From: an uncultured Treponema sp.
Lineage (GTDB): Bacteria > Spirochaetota > Spirochaetia > Treponematales > Treponemataceae
Reading direction: 5' to 3'
Assembly (NCBI GenBank): GCA_937901865.1
Contig: CALDID010000179.1
Location: forward strand, 4,096 to 68,095
DNA length: 64,000 nucleotides
A program made the position numbers and the translations under genes. This document shows, piece after piece, positions 48,345 to 57,778 of this stretch. The notes beneath the pieces were generated by a model. That model saw only the letters and a list, made by a program, of their open reading frames with translations, did not search any database and was not told the DNA's origin. The stretch's first letter is position 1, and the number at the start of each line of letters is the position of its first letter.

Positions 48345-49907
48345 ATGGCTTTGAAATCTATCAAAGATGTGATGAAAACAGTTTCTCGCCCAGAGAAAGT
48401 TTTGCAGTTTGGCGAAGGTGGATTCCTCCGCGCATTCGTAGATTGGCAAATTGATATTGCAAACGAAAAAGCAGGCTTTAACGGCAATATCGTTATCGTG
48501 CAGCCGCTCGAAAAAGGCATGGTTGACGCAATGAATGCGCAGAACAATCTTTATACAACAGTTCTTCGCGGTATGAAAGACGGAAAGCCTACCGTAGAAA
48601 CTCGCTGTATCAATTCTGTCAGCCGCTCAATCAATCCATACACAAATTACGATGAATATATCGCGCTTGCATCTAGCCCAGATTTGCGCTTTATCGTATC
48701 CAACACAACAGAAGCAGGTATTCGCTTCGATAGCGAAATTGACGGAATCCCTGTTACTCTTGACCAAAAGCCACAAAAAAACTTCCCTGCAAAAGTTACC
48801 GCATTCCTTTATAAGCGTTTCCAGGCGTTCAATGGCGACACAAGCAAGGGAATGATTCTTATTCCGTGTGAGCTCTCTGACCAAGCAGGATTGAACCTTC
48901 GCATTAACATTTTGCGCTATGCAGAGATGTGGCAGTTAGGACCTGACTTTATAAACTGGTTCGATGAGGCGTGTGATGTTTGCTCTTGTCTTGTAGACCG
49001 CATTGTTCCAGGCTATTTCCCACTCCTTTCTAAAGATGAAAACGGCAAAACACAAGCTGAAAACATCTGCGAAAAGCTCGGATATGAAGATAAATTGCTA
49101 GACAGCGCAGAGCTGTTCCATTTCTGGGTCATCGAAAGCAAAAAGAGCCACGAAGATGAGCTTCCGCTCGTAAAAGCAGGCTTGTCAGTTAAGTGGGTGA
49201 AGAATATGGACTACTATCACACAAGAAAAGTTCGTATCTTGAATGGTGCTCACACTTCAAGCGTACTCGCAGCATTCCTTTCTGGCTCTAACTATGTGCA
49301 GGACATCGTATGCAGCGAAAAGGTTGGAAGCGGTTTCAACACTCCAAACGAAAGTGCGCACAAGTTTATGCGAAAAATCATCTTTGACGAAATTATCCCG
49401 TCAATCGATGGCGACCAAGAAGACCTCAAAAGCTATGCAGAAGACGTTTGGACTCGTTTCCAAAATCCATTCAATCCACACCGCCTCATCGAGATTTCTT
49501 TGAACTCTGTCGCAAAGTATTGGACAAGATGTTTGCCAAGCGTTACACAGTCTATTAAAAAGAATGGCAACGTGCCAAAGTTATTGGGCTTCTCGCTTGC
49601 ATCTCTTATTGCTTTCTATAACGGAAGCGAAATCAAGACAGACGAAAAAGGCAAGAAGTATCTTGAGTCTACTCGCGACGAAAGCGTATACGGAAACTAC
49701 GATGTAATGCCAGTATTGGAGTTCTTTGCAAAGCTCAACAGCGAAACAAAGGACGCAAAAGAAATTGCACACCGAGTGTTGAGCAACACAGATTTCTGGA
49801 AAGAAGATTTGACAAAATACGACGGCTTAGAAGATGCTGTTGCTTCCCACCTTGCCGACATCAAGACGAAAGGTATGAAGAAAGCTCTCGCCGACATCGT
49901 AGCCTAA
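48345..49907 (+). CDS. uxaB: Tagaturonate (altronate) reductase
   Basis: LQFGEGGFLRAFVDW, SNTTEAGI, LVDRIVPG and RKVRILNGAHT. Confidence 0.92.
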   Translation: MALKSIKDVMKTVSRPEKVLQFGEGGFLRAFVDWQIDIANEKAGFNGNIVIVQPLEKGMVDAMNAQNNLYTTVLRGMKDGKPTVETRCINSVSRSINPYTNYDEYIALASSPDLRFIVSNTTEAGIRFDSEIDGIPVTLDQKPQKNFPAKVTAFLYKRFQAFNGDTSKGMILIPCELSDQAGLNLRINILRYAEMWQLGPDFINWFDEACDVCSCLVDRIVPGYFPLLSKDENGKTQAENICEKLGYEDKLLDSAELFHFWVIESKKSHEDELPLVKAGLSVKWVKNMDYYHTRKVRILNGAHTSSVLAAFLSGSNYVQDIVCSEKVGSGFNTPNESAHKFMRKIIFDEIIPSIDGDQEDLKSYAEDVWTRFQNPFNPHRLIEISLNSVAKYWTRCLPSVTQSIKKNGNVPKLLGFSLASLIAFYNGSEIKTDEKGKKYLESTRDESVYGNYDVMPVLEFFAKLNSETKDAKEIAHRVLSNTDFWKEDLTKYDGLEDAVASHLADIKTKGMKKALADIVA

Positions 49908-49930
49908 CGCAAGAATAGCATACTTAACAT

Positions 49931-49977
49931 AAAAACTCCCGCTCGATGAAGTTTTTCACTCCGAGAGGGAGTTTTTT
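49931..49977 (+). terminator. Rho-independent terminator after uxaB
   Basis: AAAAACTCCC...GGGAGTTTTTT. Confidence 0.75.
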
Positions 49978-50037
49978 ATTACAGAGCAGGCTGAGCCTGT
50001 TGCTTTTTTTGGCTTTTTTGTATATGGTAGTGATACT

Positions 50038-50535
50038 ATGAGCGAAGAAAATTTATGCCCATGCGGCTCGGGCAAAACGTATAACGAATGTTGTGAGCCG
50101 ATTATCAAAGGAACAGCTAAAGCCTCATCTGCTGAAAACTTGATGAGAGCGCGCTACAGTGCGTATGTAAAGCACGAAATCGATTTCATTATGAACTCTT
50201 GCGAGCAGACCGACGAAACTGGTCGCCCTGACCCAAAAGCGACAGAGCAATGGAGCAAAGAGTCTACTTGGCACGGCTTGAAGATTTTAAGCACTCAAGA
50301 AGGCAAAGAGCCAGATACTGAAATCGTTGAGTTTGAAGCAACATACACCACAAAGAAAGGTATTCGCGAAATCCACCATGAGCGCGGACTTTTCAAGAAA
50401 ATCAATGGAGATTGGATTTACAGCTTAGGTCTTGTACAGCCAATGACTGTTGTTCGCGAAGGTCGCAAAATCGGAAGAAACGAGCCTTGTCCTTGCGGTA
50501 GCGGCAAAAAGTATAAGCAGTGCTGCGGTCGCTAA
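50038..50535 (+). CDS. YchJ family SEC-C motif protein
   Basis: CPCGSG...CC at both ends, [14 protein letters not shown] and HHERG.F. Confidence 0.9.
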   Translation: MSEENLCPCGSGKTYNECCEPIIKGTAKASSAENLMRARYSAYVKHEIDFIMNSCEQTDETGRPDPKATEQWSKESTWHGLKILSTQEGKEPDTEIVEFEATYTTKKGIREIHHERGLFKKINGDWIYSLGLVQPMTVVREGRKIGRNEPCPCGSGKKYKQCCGR

Positions 50536-51324
50536 ATGGAAAATATCCTAACAGGCTTTCACGCTGTTGAAGAGAGAGTGAAGAGCGTCGCAGAAAAAGG
50601 GGAGAAAGAAAGCGCAAAGAAAATGCGTGTTCTTTACGACAAGGCAGGTCCTCGCATAAAGAAAATCCTTTCTTTTGCTAAAGACGCTGGTATTTTGTGC
50701 ATAAAAACCACAAAAGAAGAGCTTGACAAAAAGGCTCTTTCTCTCTCCGAGCTTGCCCGCAACCACAGAGGAGTTATGCTCGTCATCGAGGGCGAAGAGA
50801 AAATTAAAAGCAATATCGTAGATTTTGAGCAATTTGTGTCTTCTGTAAAAGAGGACGCTGATTGCACAATTTTGTTGCTTGATTCTATCACAGACCCGCA
50901 CAATATCGGCGCAATTATCCGCAGTGCAGACCAATTCAGTGCAGACCTTGTTGTGCTTCCAAATCACAGGAGCGGAGGCTCTGCTTCTGGAGAGGAAAAC
51001 GAAGTTATCGCACGAAGCAGCGCAGGAGCGGCATCTTGGGTAAAAATCTCGAAAGTAGCCAATCTTGTGAGATGCGCAGAAATCTTAAAGAAAAACGGCT
51101 TTTGGATTTATGGCGCAGACGCAAGAGGCGAACGGCTTGACAAAATCTCTTTTGCAAAGAAAACAGCTATCATAATGGGTAGCGAAGGAAGCGGCATTGC
51201 GCATTTACTAAAAGAGCAGTGCGATGTTATTGCTTCTATTCCAACTTCTGGCAAACTAGACAGCTTGAATGTATCAGTTGCCGCAGGAGTTCTTTTGTAC
51301 GAGAGAAAACGACAAAGTTTATAG
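50536..51324 (+). CDS. rlmB: 23S rRNA (Gm2251) methyltransferase, SpoU family
   Basis: DPHNIGAIIRSA, MGSEGSG and DSLNVSVAAG. Confidence 0.88.
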   Translation: MENILTGFHAVEERVKSVAEKGEKESAKKMRVLYDKAGPRIKKILSFAKDAGILCIKTTKEELDKKALSLSELARNHRGVMLVIEGEEKIKSNIVDFEQFVSSVKEDADCTILLLDSITDPHNIGAIIRSADQFSADLVVLPNHRSGGSASGEENEVIARSSAGAASWVKISKVANLVRCAEILKKNGFWIYGADARGERLDKISFAKKTAIIMGSEGSGIAHLLKEQCDVIASIPTSGKLDSLNVSVAAGVLLYERKRQSL

Positions 51325-51353
51325 CAACACTTCAGCTAAAAGCAAAATCTAAC

Positions 51354-51391
51354 AAAAATCTGCCCTATATAATCTAGGACAGATTTTTTTT
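51354..51391 (+). terminator. Probable terminator after rlmB
   Basis: AAAAATCTGCCCTA...TAGGACAGATTTTTTTT. Confidence 0.6.
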
Positions 51392-51460
51392 GCACTTGCA
51401 CTTCTGCATAGTTTTTTATAAAACATCATCTGAAAGCAAAAATCTCATTGCTCAACTTTA

Positions 51461-51616
51461 GCAAAGTTTTTATTATCTTGCAAAGTTTTTATTATCTTGC
51501 AAAATTTTTATCAATCTAAGACGTTTGACTTGTAAACAGTCTATTTACAAGCCGTAAACACACTGATTTCGAACTGTAAACAGACTGATTACGAGATGAA
51601 ATCACACTGTTTACAC
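51461..51616. repeat. 19-bp tandem repeat (about 2.5 copies) followed by a degenerate 4 x 22-bp array
   Basis: GCAAAGTTTTTATTATCTT at 51461 and 51480; GTAAAA/C-type phase at 51532, 51554, 51576 and 51598. Confidence 0.7.
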
Positions 51617-51733
51617 CTACTGCAAGGTAAGAGGCTAGACATTTTGCTACAAGTCAATGACTTCATTGCTATAAGGCAGCGGCTTTTTTGCTACTAGTAT
51701 AAAAAGAGTGGGTTTGGTATAATCGGCTTCGAT

Positions 51734-52459
51734 ATGAGAATTGCTCTTGCTTCCTACACTTTCAAAAACGGCGACATTGATTTTAATGTTTCACAGATAC
51801 AAAAGGCTCTTTTGAACGCACAGGGAAAAGCAGATATTGTGTGCTTTGGAGAGGCGTTTTTGCAGGGATTCGACGCGCTTTGTTGGGATTTTGAAAAAGA
51901 CAAAAAGACGGCAATAAAGCAAGACAGCGAGCTAATGAAAAAGATTTGCGAGCTTACCACGCTTTACGGCGTTGACCTTGTTTTTGGCTACATAGAAAAG
52001 GCGGGAGAAAGCGATGAAGAGCTGTATTCTTCTTGTGCGGTGGTTCAAAACGGGAAAATCATTCACAACTATCGTCGTGTTTCAAAGGGGTGGAAGCAAT
52101 TTGACATTACGGATTATCACTACAAAGAGGGAAACGAGATAAAGCCGTTTTTGTATCGTGGAAGAGAGTTTTTGATTGCGATTTGTGGGGATTTGTGGGA
52201 TTTTCCAGAGCGATTCAAGGCTGATTGTCCGATTATTTGGGGTGTGTTTGTGAATTATGAGGGAGAGTATAAAGAGTTTTTAGAGGAATACACGGAACAA
52301 TCGAGCAAGGTTGCACACGATGTGTTTATGATAAACTCGCTTTCAGATAAACCCGAATCGCACGATATTCACGGAGGCGCGTTTCATTTTTGTGCTGGCA
52401 AGATTGCGGCGCAGACAAAGAACGACACAGAAGATATGCTGATTGTACAAATAGAGTAG
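51734..52459 (+). CDS. Carbon-nitrogen hydrolase family protein
   Basis: ADIVCFGEAFLQG, YSS, YRR and AICGDLW. Confidence 0.85.
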   Translation: MRIALASYTFKNGDIDFNVSQIQKALLNAQGKADIVCFGEAFLQGFDALCWDFEKDKKTAIKQDSELMKKICELTTLYGVDLVFGYIEKAGESDEELYSSCAVVQNGKIIHNYRRVSKGWKQFDITDYHYKEGNEIKPFLYRGREFLIAICGDLWDFPERFKADCPIIWGVFVNYEGEYKEFLEEYTEQSSKVAHDVFMINSLSDKPESHDIHGGAFHFCAGKIAAQTKNDTEDMLIVQIE

Positions 52460-52603
52460 GTTTGATATAATGCAGGGTATGAAACCGATTTTGATAAATA
52501 AATCAAAGTATTTCTCTGTAGCAACAGTTTTTAACCGTGTGCCTTTTTCGACTGAATTTGCTTTTATCGCGAATTCAGTCTTTTTATAAAGGAGGTGTGA
52601 AAA

Positions 52604-54718
52604 ATGGACGGACACGCAAAGCCATTGCTAAAATTCCTTAATGGAGCAGACAATCGGTTTATAATTCCTGTATATCAAAGGAATTATGATTGGTCTCAAA
52701 AACAGTGTAAGCAATTATTTGATGATTTGGTACAAGTTGCAAAAGACAATCGAAAATCTCATTTTTTCGGTTCAATCGTTTCAACACTTGCAGCAGGAGG
52801 TAGTGGGTCAGATTTTCTTATAATTGATGGACAACAGCGTATTACAACTGTTTCAATTTTATTTGTTGCTATTGTAAATCTTTTACACTGCAAAAAAATC
52901 CAAGACAAAGACAATAACCTTGAGCGCAAAATAAAATATACATATCTTATCGATGAATATAGTTCAGACGAAAGAAAACTTCGATTAAAGCCAATAAAAA
53001 AAGATTGCCTAGCTTTTGATAAAATTGTTGAAGGCGATGCTGATGAGTTTGTGAAAGATTCACACATAACACAAAACTATGAATATTTTTGTGAACGTAT
53101 TCTTTCAATTTCAAATGAGATTTCTGTTGATGAGCTTTTTGCTTCAATAAAGAAATTAGAAATCATTGATATTTTCGTTGAAAAAGACGAAGACCCTCAG
53201 CTCATTTTTGAGAGTTTGAATTCAACGGGACTTGATTTAACAGAGGCTGACAAAATACGAAACTTTATTCTTATGGGTCTATCGTCTGATTTACAAAATG
53301 AATATTACGAAAAGTATTGGAACAAAATCGAAAATTACACCTGTTATAAGGTAAGCGATTTTATTCGACATTATCTTACATTCAAACAGAAAAAAATTCC
53401 AAACGTCAATGCAGTTTATTTTGAATTCAAGGAATACGTTCAGAAACAGCACCTTGCTCCGTGCAATTATGGCGACCTTCTTTCTGATATGCTTTTTTAT
53501 GCAAAAATCTATGGACACATTTCCTCTGGTACGCAAAATGATTGGAATGTTTCTTGGAAGATAAAAAAGGCTCTGAACCGACTTAATCTTATTGATGTTT
53601 CTGTTTGTTATCCGTTTCTTCTTGCGCTTTTTAGTGCATTTGAAAAAAAAGAGCTTGACGAAATCGAGGTGGAGAAATCATTGTTATGCATAGAATCCTT
53701 TGTATTCAGAAGATTATTGTGTGGCTATCCAACAAATGCGCTTAACAAGATTTTCACAACACTTGACTTTGACATAAAACGACTTAACAAAGTTAATTCT
53801 CCGTATTCGAGTGTCCTCATCTATGTGCTTGAAAGCAAAACAGGCTCGGCAGAATTTCCGCCAGACCGCATTTTTGCAAAAGCTATACAAGAGCGACAAG
53901 TATACAAAATGCAAAAGAAAAACAAGCAATATCTTTTTGACCGCCTTGAGAACAAAGACACGATAGAACATGTCAATGTCATTGAGCTAATGGATAGTAC
54001 AGACGAAACGAACAAGCTTACTATTGAACACATAATGCCTCAGACACTTTCTGTAGAATGGAAGCAAATGCTCGGCGAAAACTGGAAAGAGATTTTTGAT
54101 ACATGGATTCATACGCTCTCAAATCTTACGCTCACGGGATATAACTCAAAATATGGAAATGAGATTTTTTCTACAAAGAAGTCAATCAAACACGGTTTTG
54201 CAGATAGTGGATTGAATATCAATAAGCCTTTACTAAAATATGACAAATGGACAGAAGCTGAGTTAAAAGACAGATGTGAACTTCTTACAAAAGAAATGCT
54301 TTCGCTTTGGGATTATCCAAAAACAGATTTTGTGCCTCCACAAGATGCAGACAGTATAATCTCTTTTGATGAAGCAGAAGATTTGACAGGACGTAAACTC
54401 GTGTCATTCTCGTATAATGGCGACGAAGAACAGAAAACAAGTCAATGGAGTACGATGTATACATCTGTTGCACAAGCTCTTTTTAACGAAAATTATGCGC
54501 CAATGATTGCTCTTGCATCAAGCAAAAAAATTGCAGAAATTGATTTCAACAAAAAAGATAATCCTGCATGGGTTGAACTTGGGCAAGGAATTTTTTTATA
54601 CAAAGCAAACAGCACGATTGCAAAACAACACGTTCTTGAAAAGATATTCGAGGCGTATGAAAAAGACAAATCTGAACTAATTTTCCATTTGAAGAATGAA
54701 AAATCTGAAACAGAATAA
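52604..54718 (+). CDS. GmrSD-family (DUF262 + DUF1524 HNH) restriction nuclease-like protein
   Basis: IPVYQRNYDW, IIDGQQRITT, IFESLNSTG and TIEHIMPQ...NLTL...NSKYGN. Confidence 0.9.
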   Translation: MDGHAKPLLKFLNGADNRFIIPVYQRNYDWSQKQCKQLFDDLVQVAKDNRKSHFFGSIVSTLAAGGSGSDFLIIDGQQRITTVSILFVAIVNLLHCKKIQDKDNNLERKIKYTYLIDEYSSDERKLRLKPIKKDCLAFDKIVEGDADEFVKDSHITQNYEYFCERILSISNEISVDELFASIKKLEIIDIFVEKDEDPQLIFESLNSTGLDLTEADKIRNFILMGLSSDLQNEYYEKYWNKIENYTCYKVSDFIRHYLTFKQKKIPNVNAVYFEFKEYVQKQHLAPCNYGDLLSDMLFYAKIYGHISSGTQNDWNVSWKIKKALNRLNLIDVSVCYPFLLALFSAFEKKELDEIEVEKSLLCIESFVFRRLLCGYPTNALNKIFTTLDFDIKRLNKVNSPYSSVLIYVLESKTGSAEFPPDRIFAKAIQERQVYKMQKKNKQYLFDRLENKDTIEHVNVIELMDSTDETNKLTIEHIMPQTLSVEWKQMLGENWKEIFDTWIHTLSNLTLTGYNSKYGNEIFSTKKSIKHGFADSGLNINKPLLKYDKWTEAELKDRCELLTKEMLSLWDYPKTDFVPPQDADSIISFDEAEDLTGRKLVSFSYNGDEEQKTSQWSTMYTSVAQALFNENYAPMIALASSKKIAEIDFNKKDNPAWVELGQGIFLYKANSTIAKQHVLEKIFEAYEKDKSELIFHLKNEKSETE

Positions 54719-54736
54719 ACTCCTAAGGGGGAAGAA

Positions 54737-56281
54737 ATGCCACTGAACAAAGACATTCACAAAGTTATGGTTATTGGGTCGGGACCGATTATTATCGGAC
54801 AGGCGGCGGAGTTCGACTATGCAGGTTCGCAGGCGTGCAAGGCACTCAAAGAGCAGGGACTTGATGTCGTGCTCGTCAACTCGAATCCTGCGACGTTGAT
54901 GACCGACACCGCAATGGCTGACCACATTTACATCGAGCCGCTCATTCCCGAAACAATCGAGCGCATCATCGAAAAGGAAAAACCCGATTCGATTTTGTCT
55001 TCGCTCGGCGGACAGACGGGATTGACGCTGTGTATGGAACTGGCAAAATCGGGATTTTTGGAAAGCCACGGCGTAAAACTTTTGGGCGCAAAGCCTGAAA
55101 CAATCGACAAAGCCGAAGACCGACAGATGTTCAAAGACACAATGGAAAAAATCGGCGAGCCGTGCATTCCGTCAAAAGTCGTTACGACATACGAAGACGC
55201 GCTCGCGTTCGTCAACAGCGAAATCGGCTATCCTGCGATTATCCGCCCTGCATTCACGCTCGGCGGCACGGGCGGCGGTATTGCGAATAACGAAGCGGAG
55301 TTCAACGAAATCGCGCACAACGGGCTTCATCGCTCGCCAATTCACCAAATCCTCGTGGAAAAGTGCATTTCGGGCTGGAAAGAAATCGAGTTCGAGGTTA
55401 TGCGAGACCATTCGGGCAACGTTTTGACCGTTTGTTCAATGGAAAACTTTGACCCTGTCGGCGTGCATACAGGCGATTCTATCGTTATTGCACCAGCCGT
55501 TACGCTTTCGGACAAAGAGTACCAAATGCTGCGCTCCGCGGCGTTGAACATCATCAGTTCGCTCGATATGGAGGGCGGCTGCAACTGTCAATTTGCGCTC
55601 AATCCGAACAGTTTTGAATACGCGGTTATCGAGGTCAATCCGCGCGTTTCCCGCTCGTCCGCTCTTGCGTCAAAGGCGACGGGCTACCCGATTGCGAAAG
55701 TTGCGACGCTCATCGCTATCGGCTACAATCTCGACGAAATCCCGAACTTTGTAACCAAGAAGACGGCGGCGTGCTTTGAGCCTGTGCTTGATTATGTCGT
55801 CGTAAAATTCCCGAAGTTCCCGTTCGACAAGTTCGTGTATGCGGCACGAAAACTCGGTACGCAGATGAAGGCGACGGGCGAAGTTATGGCGATTGGGCAC
55901 ACGTTCGAGCAGGCGATTATGAAGGCGGCGCGTGGGGCGGAAGTCGGCGTGAGTTCGCTCAATCTGCCGATTTTCGAGGAAGAGAGCGACGAAGACATTA
56001 AGCGCAGGGTCGGAGAATGCACAGACCAGCGCATTTTCGCGATTTTCCAAGCATTGAAGCGCGGTGTGATGAGCGTAGAGGAAATCAATGCGGTTACGAA
56101 GATTGACCCGTGGTTCTTGAATCATCTCAAGAATCTTGCCGACACGGAAAAACGATTTGCCGAGGTCAAGGCGGGAACTCACGAGCTGACGCAGGCGGAA
56201 TACGTCGAAGCGAAAGAATACGGATACCCCGACAGCGTGATTGAAAAGATGACAGGTTTAAAGATAGAAAAGTCTGCATAA
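54737..56281 (+). CDS. carB: Carbamoyl-phosphate synthase large subunit, N-terminal half only (truncated or split gene)
   Basis: IGSGPIIIGQAAEFDYAG, GWKEIEFEVMRD and EVNPRVSRSSALASKATGYPIAK; 514 aa versus about 1070 for full CarB. Confidence 0.9.
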   Translation: MPLNKDIHKVMVIGSGPIIIGQAAEFDYAGSQACKALKEQGLDVVLVNSNPATLMTDTAMADHIYIEPLIPETIERIIEKEKPDSILSSLGGQTGLTLCMELAKSGFLESHGVKLLGAKPETIDKAEDRQMFKDTMEKIGEPCIPSKVVTTYEDALAFVNSEIGYPAIIRPAFTLGGTGGGIANNEAEFNEIAHNGLHRSPIHQILVEKCISGWKEIEFEVMRDHSGNVLTVCSMENFDPVGVHTGDSIVIAPAVTLSDKEYQMLRSAALNIISSLDMEGGCNCQFALNPNSFEYAVIEVNPRVSRSSALASKATGYPIAKVATLIAIGYNLDEIPNFVTKKTAACFEPVLDYVVVKFPKFPFDKFVYAARKLGTQMKATGEVMAIGHTFEQAIMKAARGAEVGVSSLNLPIFEEESDEDIKRRVGECTDQRIFAIFQALKRGVMSVEEINAVTKIDPWFLNHLKNLADTEKRFAEVKAGTHELTQAEYVEAKEYGYPDSVIEKMTGLKIEKSA

Positions 56282-56313
56282 AAAGCTACACCTAAAATAT
56301 TATCTGATACTAC

Positions 56314-56352
56314 AAGTACACATTTCATGTAAAATATATGGAATGTGTACTT
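56314..56352. promoter_or_regulatory. Inverted repeat between carB' and the TA operon (terminator or operator)
   Basis: AAGTACACATT...AATGTGTACTT, followed by an extended -10 TGCTATAAT at 56379-56387. Confidence 0.5.
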
Positions 56353-56404
56353 TCTTTAATGTACGCAAAAAAAATGTATGCTATAATCGGATAAGGAGGT
56401 CAGT

Positions 56405-56623
56405 ATGAGCTATGCAGTTTTAGAAAAAGAGCTAGAAACATTACCAGAGTATGCAGTAGAAGAGGTTGTTGATTTTATTCGCTTTATCAAACAGAAAATA
56501 GAAAGAAGCGCAACAAAAAAAGCTGAAGTAAAAAGCTCTATGTTCGGCGTGTGGAAAGACGAACCGTTTTATATGTCAAATGATTTTGATGAGCCGATAG
56601 AAGATTTTGCGGAGTACATGTGA
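56405..56623 (+). CDS. Antitoxin-like protein (DUF2281-like)
   Basis: LPE....EV.DFI.F and FG.WK......DFDEP.EDF.EYM; overlaps the PIN gene start. Confidence 0.8.
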   Translation: MSYAVLEKELETLPEYAVEEVVDFIRFIKQKIERSATKKAEVKSSMFGVWKDEPFYMSNDFDEPIEDFAEYM

Positions 56624-57012
56624 TGAAATACCTTTTAGACACACACGCAATTCTTTGGTATCTTTTCGGTAGCCCAAAACTTTCGGACAAAGCACGAAAA
56701 TTGATGGACAGCGAAGAATGTTTTTACAGTTATGTTTCGTTTTGGGAAATATCAATTAAGCAAAGCAAAGGAAATCTCGATATTACACACTCAATTTTTG
56801 AGATTGACGAAATGTGCAAAAAAGCGAAATTCAAGAGTCTGCCTGTTACACTTTCAGATTTCTCTGCGGTGCGAAATCTGCCATTTCAAACGAATGTTCG
56901 CCACAATGACCCATTCGACCGTATGCTTATTTCGCAAGCGAAGACGAACTGTCTTACCATTATTACCTGCGATGAAAAAATCCCATTGTACGAAATCCAA
57001 ACAGTATGGTAA
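56620..57012 (+). CDS. vapC: VapC/PIN toxin
   Basis: YLLDTHAILW, SFWEISIK and HNDPFDRMLISQA. Confidence 0.9.
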   Translation: MMKYLLDTHAILWYLFGSPKLSDKARKLMDSEECFYSYVSFWEISIKQSKGNLDITHSIFEIDEMCKKAKFKSLPVTLSDFSAVRNLPFQTNVRHNDPFDRMLISQAKTNCLTIITCDEKIPLYEIQTVW

Positions 57013-57038
57013 ATTTGTTTTTATGATTTTCAGAAAAA

Positions 57039-57662
57039 TCAATACGAAATGCTTATGCCGACGCGTGGTTGAAACAACAAACCTGCATAGTTCGCACTGT
57101 AATTTACACTAGCATCGATACCTTCAACTTCGTTTTCGTAACTTGCAGAACCGATATTGTAATACAGACTGCCCGCCGCGAATACGCCAAAATGAGAAGC
57201 TAAATGATACGTTGCCGAAATCGTCGGACCAACAACAAAATTGAAAAGTGCCAACTCATCTGTAGTTTTGATACCGTCCACATCTTTTTTGTAGTAGCCG
57301 ACATCAGTGTAATTAAAACCAAGGTCGCCCGTAAGAAATACCGTCAGTTTTTCGCTGTCCACAATTTTTCCGCCAAATCCTATGCCGCCCAAGAAACTAG
57401 CACCGCCAGAATCTTTAACCACAGATTGAGTTGCAACACCAGAGCCTCCTGCAAACATTTTCCACGCCAATCCAAAATCCATCGTGTGAATAAAATCCAC
57501 CTCACCGCAATAGCCTACCGCTGTAAAACTCCCCATACCATCTTCCGAGTTCCACGCGCCCGACTGAAACGGCATCGTAAAGCCAAACTGCCATTCAGTT
57601 CCGCTCGCAAATGCCGCAAGCGAAACAAATACCGATAAAACACAAGAAAGTATCTTTTTCAT
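57039..57662 (-). CDS. Probable small outer-membrane beta-barrel protein
   Basis: Signal peptide (SLAAFA), alternating G/aromatic strands and C-terminal PRVGISISY. Confidence 0.65.
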   Translation of the reverse strand: MKKILSCVLSVFVSLAAFASGTEWQFGFTMPFQSGAWNSEDGMGSFTAVGYCGEVDFIHTMDFGLAWKMFAGGSGVATQSVVKDSGGASFLGGIGFGGKIVDSEKLTVFLTGDLGFNYTDVGYYKKDVDGIKTTDELALFNFVVGPTISATYHLASHFGVFAAGSLYYNIGSASYENEVEGIDASVNYSANYAGLLFQPRVGISISY

Positions 57663-57778
57663 AAAAGACCTCCTAAATGAAAAGGTAATTAGACGCTTTA
57701 TCTAAAATATATGTATGATTACAAGACAAACTGTCTAATACAACAAGAAAAATTAGACAAAAGTTTTTATTTTTCGGT

